Source of the DNA: the human T2T-CHM13v2.0 reference genome, Homo sapiens
DNA length: 64,000 bases
Assembly: GCF_009914755.1 (NCBI RefSeq)
Contig: NC_060926.1
Reading direction: 5' to 3' (one strand)
Part shown: one piece after another, positions 27,224 to 39,269 of the stretch
How the letters are laid out: every line of letters begins with the position of its first letter
Position numbering within the stretch: the first letter of the stretch is position 1
Program-made: the position numbers and the translations under genes
The notes under the pieces: model-generated
Told to the model about the DNA's origin: nothing
The model's input: only the letters and a program-made list of their open reading frames with translations
The model's database searches: none

Positions 27224-29000
27224 TGTCAGTTTGGGTGCTTTGATGAGAAGATGTTAAGAGATTTAATGGGAGACATGCCTGAAGGCCAAAAAAGAGGGAT
27301 CAGGAGTAGGTAGGGAGAGCATTCAGACTGTGAGGCAGGACTGACACCAATGATAGAAAAGAGAGAAGGAAAGGCCAGGTGCGGTGGCTCACACCTATAA
27401 TCTCAGCACTTTGGGAGGCCAAGGCAGGCAGATCACTTGAGGTCAGGAGTTCGAGACCAGCCTGGCCAACACAGTGAAACCCCACCTCTACTAAAAATAC
27501 AAAAATTAGCCAGCCATGGTGGCACGTGCCTATAGTCCCAGCTACTTGGGAGTCTGAGGAAGGAGAATCACTGGAACCCAGGTGGAAGAGGCTGCAGTGA
27601 GCCGAGATCATGCTACTGCACTCCAGCCTGGGCAACAGAGCATCTTGAGACTCTGTCAAAAAAAAAAAAAAAAAAAGAGAGAGAGAGAGAGAAGGAAGGA
27701 GGAGTGGGTAGGAAGAGCGTCAGACTGCAGTGCACCTGTGAAGCTCTGAGAAAGTCTCAACCTGGCACACTGGGGAGCCCTAGAGCAAAACTTGGCTGCA
27801 GAGGCATTCCACATCAGTAGGAAAGACTGCCATCACTGGCTGGGAGCAGCCCAAGAAAAGAGTGTTCTTGGCAGGAGCACTGCCATGAATCCAAAATTGC
27901 AGCAGCTGAGGTTGTCTTCCAACTGTTCTCCTTGTAACAGGTTCTTTTAAAGGGAAGTCTGAGAGTCACACCTCCATGCTCACAATCCACTCTTGTGCTG
28001 CATGGACCCCATCCTCTACGTATGTTTGGGAGCAGATCATCCATGCCTCCCATGGGTGTCTACCTGAAGGGAAACTTAGCAGAGGAATGTTAGTGAATGG
28101 ACTACAGCACCCATTTCTATAGTTGGGCCAACAGTTTGTTCTCATCATCTTTTTTCTCCGCTGTCTATTCTAAATTTCCTTTACCCTCAACTAATAGCTT
28201 GGCAGGTCTTAGTGGCTTTCCTGGGGATGTGATCAAATCCCTCACTCTGGCAGTCATGTACTTCTTGAGCTGGGGTTACTGCATGTCTATTCACATTTAG
28301 TTATTCAAGGGAATACCAAGAGGTGTCCAAATGGATCACTTGGGTTCCACAAATATTACACACATATACCTCCCTATCTTCATATGTAAAAGCAGCTATA
28401 CCTCCTCTTACATATACTGCTGGATGGCAGCCCATCCTTCCAAAGTATTACCACTTACATGGTGTTCCAGGTATACCTCCAGGAGGCCATTCAATGCTCC
28501 AACAGGTTGCTACTTTTGGGTTGACCAATGAGTCCAGGGAAGTAGTGGAGCAGGCTTATACTGACTTTGCAGGGTCAATTACTACATTTTCAGGATTTTC
28601 TGAGTCGGTTGGCAACTTGAAATTGCCCATTATAGTAGTATTTACATCAAGAAAATTGACAAATACTACAAATCAGGGCTTTTCTTTTTTTTCTGGAGAG
28701 CCAGTTATTAAAAATGTACTAGTATACCATTAAGTGAACTTAATGATCATGGACCTGTTTCAGCTCTTCCTTCACTATAGGGCCAGTGTTTTGGTTAGCT
28801 GCTATGTTGTTTTGGACTCACTGGTTGGATGTTGTATTGCATGGGATTCCATAGGCCCCTGGATAGTGGTTATAGCTGAGGTTCTGAATGTAGGAGAGCA
28901 AACCCACACCCAGACTATGTATTCATCCCTGTGAGGACAAACTGCTTTACTTCCAAGAGGGAGGGGACTGATATACTTAACCTGCCACCACCACAAGTTT
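27224..29000. mobile_element. ERVL-type LTR (about 27224-27975) plus adjacent decayed internal sequence
   Basis: tgtcagtttgggt start, internally repeated gagagc.ttcagactg motif, pol-like remnants downstream. Family from recall. Confidence 0.5.
27373..27690 (+). mobile_element. AluS inserted in the LTR
   Basis: ggccaggtgcggtggctcac... dimer with A/(GA)n tail; flanking agagagaaggaa repeated as a TSD. Confidence 0.95.
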
Positions 29001-31684
29001 CTGTCTCAGAAAGTTCTTGATTTTCCCTTAATCTGAAAAACTTAAGAAATTTTGCAGAGTATGAAATTCCATTGGAAGGTTTCCTTTCTGCATTTTGAGA
29101 TATCATTCTATTGTCTTTTGGCTTTCATTGTTGTAATTGAGAAGTCAGTTGTCAGTCTTTTGCACCCCTCGAAGGTAATGAGTTTTTATTATCTGCTACT
29201 TTTACATTTAATTTTTGCCTTTGGTTTTATAAAATTTCAATCTGATGTGTTTAGAAGTGAATCTTTAAAACATTTATGTTATTTGAGATTTATTGTGTTT
29301 TTTGAAACTGTGAATCAGTGTCTTTATTATTTGAGAATATTCCCAGCCATTCTCTCTTCAAATAATTACTCTGCCTTATTTTATCTTTCCTCCTAGGACT
29401 CCAGTCAATATCTTGCAACTTCTCACCTTTTTCTCCACATTTTTTCCACCTTCTTCTGTATTTTCTGGCTTTCCTGTGCCTGTGCTCCAATCTGGATTTC
29501 TTCTCATTTGTCTTCAAATTTGCTAATTCTCTTTTCTGCTGTGTGATGCCTACTGCTAAATATAGCTATTGGCTTATTTAATTTAATTTACTTATCATAC
29601 AGTCATAGAGGTTCTGCTTGACTCCATCAAATCTGTCACTTTCCATAGTTTTCTGTTCTAGAAAAATATTTTCATGTTTTTCATTTGTTTCTTAAACATG
29701 GTTAGGATGGTTGCTTTAAGCTGTGTGTAAAAAAATTACAAAATGTGAAGTTTGTGTAGATATGTTTCTGTTATCTTGTTTTGTTTGCTTTGTTTCTTTT
29801 TTCTTGTTGTTCTTTTTCTTGTGACCTTGTTTACTCATATGCCTGGTAATCTTCAACTATGTGTGGCTTGTGCCGTTGAAAATGTATCTGAGTGACTCTT
29901 CCCTCCTCTAGAGAGACTTTCTTTTTGCTTCTTGTGGAATGAGTTTAGCCTACATAAAATTGAATACAGTTTGATTGTTTTTAGCTCAATGAAGCTATGA
30001 GTATTTAGTGTGAAAATCTTTGTGAGAGTCTGTCCCTGGCCACAGCCCTCCAGAAATGTTTCTTTTCTTTTTCTTTCTCTCTTCAGTGAAAGTCAGTGCC
30101 AGGACAGTCCTCTCCATGGTTCTTAGAGGTTGGAGAAAGGCAATCTAGATTTCCTGAGCTTGCCACCTCCCCAGCCCCAACCCTGTGCACTGACTTCTTT
30201 ATTTTTGTGCTGGTGTGACTACAGTACTGAGCATAAGGTGTACTATATCAGCAGAGAGCATATAGTGGTTTTACTGTTCCCTTATTTTAGATCCTGGTTC
30301 TGTAGGTCTGGAGTAGGACCTGAGATTCTGCATTTCTGGCAAGCTTCAAAATAATGCCAATGTATCATCCATAAAGTACACCTTAAGTATTAAAGATGTA
30401 CACAACAAGGAAAATTTTATCTAATGATTTGGCAATACATGAATAATAGTAGCCAAAATAAATGGTGGAAATTGTGCTATAGGATTTGGGAAAGATTTGC
30501 AGGGTAGAGGTGACTATATTAAACTTTGAAGTGAGTAATGAAGGATAGATAGGGATGGACAAAGGAATGAAATCCCAAGACAGGTCTAGTTCTGGATAGC
30601 TGAAGAGATAGAGAAGGCTGCAACTCTAGGCTTTACTCCTGTGGAATTCTTTTCTTGCAGAGTGAGAAGTTTCCTTCATCATATTTGGCTCAGTGTCCTT
30701 TCTCAGGAGCATTCACCCTTTTGGCTATAAAGGATGTTTCCTCCATGCTAGAGAGAAATAAGTACAGGTCTTGAACAATCTGGTATCACCACAGCCCTCA
30801 CCACCTCCACTGATGGCACTGTGGCCTAAGTACCCAGGCCATATAGAGCTCCAAGTATCTATGGGATGAAATAAGAATTTTAAAGGACCTACATCTTAGC
30901 TGTTGTCACAAATGAGTTTGCATTCATATGCGCAGCATCCAAACCAATATGTTTTGTCTGTTTGCATCTTCATACCTATGGAAGGACCTTGGGCCTCTTC
31001 CCCCAAGATATTCATGTGGGTTCAGTTCTGTGCAGAGAGAGTGGAGCTGATGTCATAGGCTCTGAACTTTCTTCTTTGAGTATGGAAATCATCTTATGCT
31101 AATGGAGACCTGAGGAAGCTCCTCTTTATAAACTCAGCGTGATACCAAATTCTAATTTTGACTCAGGGATACCTGCTACACATTTAAATTTGGGCTATAC
31201 ATGATTTCACACTCTTGAGGAGATGACTGTGGGGCTCCCTGGGACAAAATTTTAATGGCCTTTTATATCATACCATGCAGTAGGAATATCTGGGAAGGAG
31301 ACAGGGTGTAAACAGAAGGAAATTCTCCTGCTGGCCAGATAGGTCATTGATGAAGTTGCAAAAAAACCGAGATCTGAGATGATCTATTGGTAGTCACAGC
31401 AAAAATGCTGACTGAGATAAACAGGTCAATCTGGGGCTTGGTGACAGACATAGGGGACTCATTAGGTCAGTTGCTCCAGGAAGCTGTCACTTATGGAGAG
31501 CTTTTCATGCTCTTCTTTAACCCACATAACAGCCCAGCAAGGTGTAATGCATTTCATATGCGTCATCTGAGGATCAGGGATGTGATAGAATTTCTCCAAA
31601 GACACAATTCCAAAAGTTGCAAAACCTAATTTTGAATGCACATCTTTTGAATACAAGTATTTTGCTTTCAAACACCAAACTACT

Positions 31685-32000
31685 GTGTTAGTTTGGGTTC
31701 TCCCCAAGGCAGATCCTGGATGCAGGGAGCTCATTCAGGGGATTATTCCAGGAGATCCAATAGAGAAAATGCTAGTGATCTTGTTACTATTATGGGGCAA
31801 CTCTGAGAAACCTTAGTGTTATCGTATCAGAGGATGGGGTGGCTGAACATTTGTCTACCAGTTTCTTTCACCACTTACTGAAGTTGCCCCTGAGATGGAA
31901 GCCCTAGAGGTGTGAAGCTGACAGATGCTAGGATCTCCAACAGCAGTTGTGAACTCAGGTTGTTGAAGGTATGGAGCAGAGCATCAACAGTATTACCTCA
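31685..32000. mobile_element. MLT1-type MaLR LTR remnant
   Basis: tgtgttagtttgggttctccccaaggcagatcctgga terminus. Confidence 0.5.
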
Positions 32001-32279
32001 GCTTCCTTTTAGTGTAGACCTAATGTCAGGTACTGCGAGCTCAGAGCACTGGGGCATCTGGCAGCCAGGCTTCCTTTCCTGCTGTATTAGTCAGGAGCCT
32101 CCAGAGAGATAGAATCATTAGGATGTGTGTTTATGCACACAAACACAGACACACATACAGAATCGGCACTTTGTATCTGCAGGTTCAACCAACCAGCATT
32201 GAGGGATGCTGAGCCTGTGGATGAAGAGGGCTGACTTTTTGTATAAGTGGGTTCTGCAGGGTCAACTGACAAACTTGTG

Positions 32280-32392
32280 TAGAGACAGGGTTTTGCTGTG
32301 TTGGCCAGGCTGGTCTTGAACTCCTGACCTCAGGTGATCTGCCTGCCTCGGCCTCCCAAAGTTCTGGGATTACAGACATGAGCCATTGTGCT
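32280..32392 (-). mobile_element. Alu left-arm fragment
   Basis: tagagacagggttttgctgtgttggccaggctggtcttgaactcctgacctcaggtgat...gagcca. Confidence 0.9.
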
Positions 32393-32915
32393 TCAACTTT
32401 AAGTTTTTTAGTCATAATTGTGTAGGCTGAACCAATTAAGATGTCTATGATATTGGCTATCATTTCTGCTGTTAATATTCAGTCCTCTTCAACTAGGGCA
32501 CAAAAAGATTAGTTTTTTCCTTGCAAAGTGATGTGGATGGTCTGCTGCTGCAGGTGCTATTTTCAATATTGTCTCACTTCTTAAAATGAGTTATCCATTG
32601 TAAACTGCTGATTTCTTTGGGTCATTGTCCCCACAAACTTTTTATAAGCCATCAATGATTTCACCATTCTTCCACCCAAGTTTCACCATAAATTTGATTT
32701 TTGTTCTTGCTTCAATTTTAGAAGAATTCATGTTGATCTTATAGGGGCTCTTTTCAAACTGATGTCTTACCTTTCTTAGTGCCTCAAACTAGATCCTGTT
32801 CAAACACCTTATAACAAGTTAGTAGGAGTTTATTTTGGTGCAAAATAATTCAAAATCCATGCATAGTTTTTTTCATAATATGCATTTTCCATGAACTTTT
32901 TGATGACCTCTTGTA
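32393..32915 (-). mobile_element. HSMAR2 mariner 5' fragment
   Basis: Ends cattttccatgaactttttgatgacctcttg+TA, matching the recalled HSMAR2 TIR. Minus-strand peptide IANIIDILIGSAYTIMTKKLK is mariner HTH-like. Confidence 0.8.
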
Positions 32916-33955
32916 TGAAAGGGGATTTATTAGGGGAATGAACTCATGCAATTTTGGAGGCTGAGAAATCCCATGACAGACCACCTGCAAGCTGGAGACC
33001 CTGGGATGCAGGTAACATGCTCAGTTCAAGTCCTAAAGCCTCAGAACTAGGAAGCCACTGGTGTAATTCTCACTTTGGGATAGAAAGCCTGAGAACCCAG
33101 GGAGATGCTGATATTAAGTCCTGGAGTCCAAAGTCTGGAGTTATAATGTCCAAAGGCAGGAGAGAATGCCCCAGCTCCAGGAGAGACAGAAAATCACCTT
33201 TTCTCTGTCTTTTCCATGCCATCCATGCCCCCGGCCAGTTGGATGGATCCCACCTACGTTGAGGGTAGATGTTCCCCACTAGTACACTGACTTACACACC
33301 AATCTTCTTTGGAAACACCCTCATAGACTTACCCCAAACTAATGTATTACCAGTTCTTTAAGTATTCCTTAAACCAGTCAAATTGACACTTAAAATTTAC
33401 TATCACGCTACCTATACTAGAGATAGTGATCTAGAGTCCATTGAGGTGGCTAGAGTGCTCAGGAGCTGGCTTTGCTACAGTAAGACTCCCTTCTCCCATG
33501 GAGAAGCAGCATGCACAGTGGCTCTGAGAAGCTGGAGGAGGGTCACTGGAGTGAGTGGGCTTCTGGTCTGAAATTGACCAAGAATATAGTTCCTGTGGAC
33601 CAGGAGTGATTAGAAGCTACAGAGGTCTTAAGAGACCTATCCCTCCTCAGTCTACCTTGCACTTACTGAGGGCTCCCACTCTTAGGAATAATTCCATCGT
33701 TTCATTTTGTGGCATCAGAGATGAGTCATTGACCCGGAAGAAGTCCCGTAATGTTTCTCAACTCAGTATCTGTGACTATATTTCCTGCTCTTAAAAGTTT
33801 AGCATGCCCTCATGTTTCAGGTTGCTTGGAGAAGTCTTAACCATGCTGTTCACATAAAGAGTCACTAAATCCTCTGGCATCAGGAACTAGAAAATATCCT
33901 GAGTGTTGGGCAGTGCCAGACTTAGTGAGGCAGAACTTCCTTCCTTGCCCATGTG

Positions 33956-34400
33956 GATAAAAGGCCTGGGCCCTGTTACAGCCTGTCAGAAAACCCAAGT
34001 GCAGTAGAAGCCATTGTTCATAATGGTAGGGATACAGGGTCCTTCGTAACAGATTATCAGTGTGGCCTATGCTGGAAAGTCTGGTGACCTCTGATTTTTT
34101 TTGCTTCCAGGTCTTTGGCCTTGGCACTCTTTGTCATATTAGAGTTCCTGGGTCTAGGCCTGGGCAGGATTCATAGGTGCAGCTGCTTCTGCTGGAGGTA
34201 GACTGCATCCAACAAAGTAAGGGTGCTGGGTGAGTTCTGGGAGTATAGATTCTGACTGGGGTCACTGCTGGGCTGGCCGCCAGTCTTTCATCTGACCCAG
34301 GGTTAAACTGTGGCTTGGGACTGACTCAGGTCCTCTCTTGGGGTCGGTCTGCACATAAAAGGACTCCTATCCTTGGCAGTTCTGAAACAACACCACCACA
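33956..34400 (+). promoter_or_regulatory. IL36A: IL36A promoter / 5' UTR region
   Basis: TATA-like GATAAAA (33956) and CATAAAA (34354), plus a strong acceptor ttttttttgcttccag at 34110, all upstream of the ATG. Confidence 0.45.
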
Positions 34401-34410
34401 ATGGAAAAAG
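34401..34410 (+). CDS. IL36A: Interleukin-36 alpha, coding exon 1
   Basis: caccacaATG GAA AAA G|GTAAAG. Confidence 0.93.
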
Positions 34411-34502
34411 GTAAAGATCCTCGTGGAAGGGCGAAAAATTGACAAGGGGGTGATATTCTGTGCTCTCATTCTTACTAATTTACATTTTGACTTTCTCAAC
34501 AG

Positions 34503-34616
34503 CATTGAAAATTGACACACCTCAGCGGGGGAGCATTCAGGATATCAATCATCGGGTGTGGGTTCTTCAGGACCAGACGCTCATAGCAGTCCCGAGGAAG
34601 GACCGTATGTCTCCAG
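34503..34616 (+). CDS. IL36A: Interleukin-36 alpha, coding exon 2 (114 nt)
   Basis: tctcaacag acceptor, (A)LKIDTPQRGSIQDINHRVWVLQDQTLIAVPRKDRMSP, GTGAGT donor. Confidence 0.96.
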
Positions 34617-35126
34617 GTGAGTAGCCACGGTCTGTGAAAGGCAGCTCCTTTGGCCAGTGCTGTTGTGTGTTTGGTGCTCAGATGTTATTCCACAGTGGGC
34701 TTGTTAACCGGGCATATCTACAGAGAGGAGCATCTCACAGACAATAATGAATAGAGGGTGAGCATAAGGTTGTTCTGGGACTATGGTCATGAAGTCAGAG
34801 AAGAGAGAGAAGGCTTAAGGGAGACTGAAGGGTCAGCCTATGAAAAACAGTGGAAGACGTATTCTGAGAAACTTCAAGGAGTAAGAGTAGGACAAAAGAG
34901 GGTAATCTATGGGAGGACCAGTTTTTGAATCCATGAAAGACTGACTTTTCTAATGGAAAGTGTTCCCCAAACATAGGATGGGTGTCCCGGTTAGGTGGTG
35001 GGTGGTGAGGTGACCATTCTATGAGTGCACTGTGAGTGTCAGTTAGCAGATTCCCTTAAAACTCTGGCTCAGAGGTACCACCCTGGAAATGGCAGCTGAA
35101 CACCACTTTTCACATCGTGTTCCCAG

Positions 35127-35266
35127 TCACTATTGCCTTAATCTCATGCCGACATGTGGAGACCCTTGAGAAAGACAGAGGGAACCCCATCTACCTGGGC
35201 CTGAATGGACTCAATCTCTGCCTGATGTGTGCTAAAGTCGGGGACCAGCCCACACTGCAGCTGAAG
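35127..35266 (+). CDS. IL36A: Interleukin-36 alpha, coding exon 3 (140 nt)
   Basis: ttcccag acceptor, VTIALISCRHVETLEKDRGNPIYLGLNGLNLCLMCAKVGDQPTLQLK, GTGAGT donor. Confidence 0.97.
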
Positions 35267-35779
35267 GTGAGTGTGGAAGACAGGTCCTGCCATTTATTTG
35301 ATGGAAACTCAGATTTCAGGATCTTTTAAAAGACAATGTACTTATTATGCTCATGCATTTTTATTTTTGGTTTCCTTGGGGTTGGTATATGTTATGAAAG
35401 ACTAAGAAAAATTGCAGGGACATTTTGAAACAAACCTACTAAAATGACTTATTATTTTAATTTACAAAAATATTAATAATTTGGCAAGGATGATGTCTAA
35501 CTTCAATAGAACACACACACAGAGTAAAATCAGCAAGGACATTTTAGCAGTTAATTATCACAAAGTAGACGAACTTATTAAAACATCTTTTTGGCAAAAA
35601 ATACATTGCAACTTTAAATGAACAAACATAATTCTCTGTAATAAACACTTCAATAATCGCAATTTTCCATTATTAAAAAAAGATAATTATAGCAGGCCTC
35701 TGTGTACTACAGGAACTCTCTTGACCCTTTTCAGTAAACAAGCATAAGCAGACACTCAACTTGATGACAAGATATAAAA

Positions 35780-35998
35780 CAGTGTTTTTCAGCCAGGGGT
35801 GATATTGCTCCAGGGACATTTGTCAATGTCTGGAGATGTTTTGGTTGTGACAACCTGGGATGGGGGTGTGATACTTGCATTTATCGGGTAGATGACAGGG
35901 ATGCTACTAAACATCCTATATTATTATACAGGACAGACCCTGAAAACAAAGAATCATCTTGCCTAAAATGTCAATAGTGCTGAAGGTGCAGAAACCTG
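35780..35998. mobile_element. MER20 hAT DNA transposon
   Basis: cagtgtttttcagccaggggtgat...gggacatttgtcaatgtctggaga...aatgtcaatagtgctga..gaaacctg. Confidence 0.85.
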
Positions 35999-36360
35999 AC
36001 AGAAAATAACTGTTTTAATTTGAAATTTACAGTAACTGTTACATAAATATTCTTTAAGTTTCTGTTTCTGAACAACAAATAATGGCCCAATCAATGCTTT
36101 GTATTCTCAAAAACTTTCATGTCAACACATTTTTCAGAGCCTCACATTAAAAACCATTAAAATTTGTAGCCTGAGTTTCAACCATAATCTTAAAAGAATT
36201 TAATTTATATGATTTTCAATCCCATAATATGAAACAGAGGTCTCCAAGCTGCTTCAATGAGTAGGGAATGCTATCCTTGGACGTGGAATATCAGTGTGTA
36301 AAGAATGTGAAACATTCAAACAGTTATGTTTCTTGCTGGTGTCTCCTTCGCACCCTTCAG

Positions 36361-36573
36361 GAAAAGGATATAATGGATTTGTACAACCAACCCGAGCCTG
36401 TGAAGTCCTTTCTCTTCTACCACAGCCAGAGTGGCAGGAACTCCACCTTCGAGTCTGTGGCTTTCCCTGGCTGGTTCATCGCTGTCAGCTCTGAAGGAGG
36501 CTGTCCTCTCATCCTTACCCAAGAACTGGGGAAAGCCAACACTACTGACTTTGGGTTAACTATGCTGTTTTAA
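36361..36573 (+). CDS. IL36A: Interleukin-36 alpha, last coding exon
   Basis: cccttcag acceptor, EKDIMDLYNQPEPVKSFLFY...FESVAFPGWFI...DFGLTMLF*. 10+114+140+213=477 nt = 158 aa + stop. Confidence 0.97.
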   Translation, partial: EKDIMDLYNQPEPVKSFLFYHSQSGRNSTFESVAFPGWFIAVSSEGGCPLILTQELGKANTTDFGLTMLF

Positions 36574-36758
36574 GGTCAGTTGGGTTTGGAGGATAGTCTC
36601 CATGCAGGGAAAATCTTAGTATAATCTTAGCCTGGAATGGGCAGGGAGAATTTGTTATTGGACTTTCCACCTAAGAGTATCTTGCTGCCTCCCAATATAT
36701 TCATGCAGTGACCTAAGTGCTGGACTGGTCCTTCTCCCTGGGGCCATGTGGAAAATAG

Positions 36759-37098
<340 letters not shown>

Positions 37099-37335
37099 GA
37101 GGGTGGTGACTCTTAAATTTTAAGTCCAGGTCTCTGGATTTTCAGATAGATTCCTCTGTGATGGAGTATCAAGACCTTTTGGATTCTGACAAGGAGAAGC
37201 AGATATAAATGTTCCATCAGAAAGAGGAGACCAAAAAGAAAACTGCGCCACTCCTGGGCTTGGCTTATGTCTCAGTGAAGTTACATATGCTGGTGCTGGT
37301 TTGGGTGAAGAACTGCTGTGGTTTATGAAGCTTTC

Positions 37336-37975
37336 TTTTTTTTTTTTTAAATTTTATTATTATTATACTTTAAGTTTCAGGGTACATGTGCATGACATGC
37401 AGGTTGGTTACATATGCATACATGTGCCATGCTGGTATGCTGCACCCATTAACTCGTCATTTAGCATTAGGTATATCTCCTAATGCTATCCCTCCCCCCT
37501 CCCCCCACCCCACAACAGTCCCCGGTGTGTGATGTTCCCCTTCCTGTGTCCATGTGTTCTCATTGTTCAATTTCCACCTATGAGTGAGAAGATGCGGTGT
37601 TTGGTTTTTTGTCCTTGCGATAGTGTGCTGAGAATAATGGTTTCCAGCTTCATCCATGTCCCTACAAAGGACATGAACTCATCATTTTTTATGGCTGCTT
37701 AGTATTCCATGATGTATATGTGGCACATTTTCTTAATCCAGTCTATCGTTGTTGGACATTTAGGTTGGTCGTCAGTGTGGCGATTTCTCAGGGATCTAGA
37801 ACTAGAAATACCATTTTACCTAGCCATCCCATTACTGGGTATATACCCAAAAGACTATAAATCATGCTGCTATAAAGACACATGCACACGTATGTTTATA
37901 GCAGCACTATTCACAATAGCAAAGACTTGGAACCAACCTAAATGTCCAACAACGATAGACTGGATTAAGAAAATG
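37336..37975 (-). mobile_element. L1PA 3' end with 5' inversion (twin priming)
   Basis: Antisense L1 3' end 37336-37769, then sense L1 37771-37975. TSD ATGAAGCTTTC at 37325-37335 and 37973-37983. Confidence 0.92.
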
Positions 37976-38014
37976 AAGCTTTCACCTAAAGTGTTATCAC
38001 TGGACCTCAAAAGC

Positions 38015-38033
38015 ATTAAATTTGTGAAATAAA
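38015..38033 (+). terminator. IL36A: Candidate IL36A polyadenylation signals
   Basis: ATTAAA at 38015 and AATAAA at 38028, just past the L1 insertion. Confidence 0.5.
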
Positions 38034-38430
38034 AATTTTGACATCTCAGTGGCTCTTTTATGAATCAAATGGCTTTAGTGGAATATTGTGGTTATAATAT
38101 TGATTCCTTGCATTTTTAAGGAGTTTTATAGTTTGTAAAGCAGGCTCACACAAAGGCTCTTGTTTCTAAGAGGAACCAGTAAGATTGTTGGGGAGGGTGG
38201 TATCTTCCCAAACTCAGGTTTCTCCAGGCCTCACTACTGGGGTGGGTGGGACAAATAGTGCTTCACTAATAGAAATTTCACTCCCTATTTCAGTGAACAA
38301 TGCAGGTGCACAGCTATCTGAAAAACCCTCCCTGCCTATTCTGGCAAGGGTTTCTGAGAGTCTACTGTGGGTTTTTCCTGTGAACTCACAAACCATAAAC
38401 TGACATGGGTCGCATTCATCTAGAGAACAC

Positions 38431-38560
38431 TTATTTTGAAGACTTCTTTTTAATCCTCTCTTATTTTGAAGACTTCTTTTTAATCCTCTCTTATTTTGAA
38501 GACTTCTTTTTAATCCTCTCTTATTTTGAAGACTTCTTTTTAATCCTCTCTTATTTTGAA
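38431..38560. repeat. 30-bp minisatellite, 4.3 perfect copies
   Basis: TTATTTTGAAGACTTCTTTTTAATCCTCTC x4 plus TTATTTTGAA. Confidence 0.97.
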
Positions 38561-39269
38561 ATGTTTTCTTCTTACAGAATATTAGCTGAAATTTTATTTC
38601 TTGCCGTATTATGATTCCCAAAATAGTTCATCTGTGTAGTCCTGTTGTAATGTTTACTTTCCATTATATTTTTACTTGTCCCTAAGCTTTGGAGGAAGAT
38701 GTGGAAATGCTGTTTTCCTGAGCACACTGATGAATTCCAGGGCCCTGCAGGCATTGCCCCAACCTCCTCATCCCATCCTGATGTCTTCTTCCATTCAGCA
38801 TTTGAGTGACCACATTGATGTTAGAGATTACATTTTTTCCTGGTGACAGCATAGCACTCCCCGAGCTTTTCATTTCTCATGGTTCCTACAAAAAAGTAGA
38901 ACTGTTTCTTCTCTGCCTTTCCCTGTGCTGGTAATTCCTCTAGACCTGTGAGATGACCAAAACACTTAGGAGAGTGAAAGGGGTCTATGAATGCACGAGG
39001 TTAATGGACCTAAACTGAGATGTATGGACCAGCTGTTGGACCAACTGGGATATTGGATCTCCTAAACTCAGGGCTGGGGAGAAATCTGGCCATCTTTGAC
39101 GTTGCCTGGATGTTTTCTGGAAGAAGCAATTCAACTTCTTTAGAAATTTATGTCTACTTGTTTTTATTCTCCTTTATTTTCTTATAAATGCATAAAACAT
39201 TGCATTTTCTCTTAGTATTCCTTGAGATACATCCTATAATTACTTGTATTATGGCTTAAAATGAGATAT

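Larger units (their letters stand above)
32084..33405 (-). mobile_element. MLT2 (ERVL) LTR split by nested DNA-transposon and Alu fragments
   Basis: tgtattagtcagg..ctccagagaga start; resumes near 32916 with ggggatttattagggga, ggaggctgagaaatcccatga and ccagtcaaattgacacttaaaatttactatca. Confidence 0.75.

Noticed and set aside
38431-38560. 30-bp repeats as a CRISPR array, and the LQNKRGLKRS repeat ORF (38214-38621)
   Set aside because: Repeats are head-to-tail with no spacers, there are no cas genes, and the DNA is mammalian. The ORF is a by-product of a period divisible by 3.
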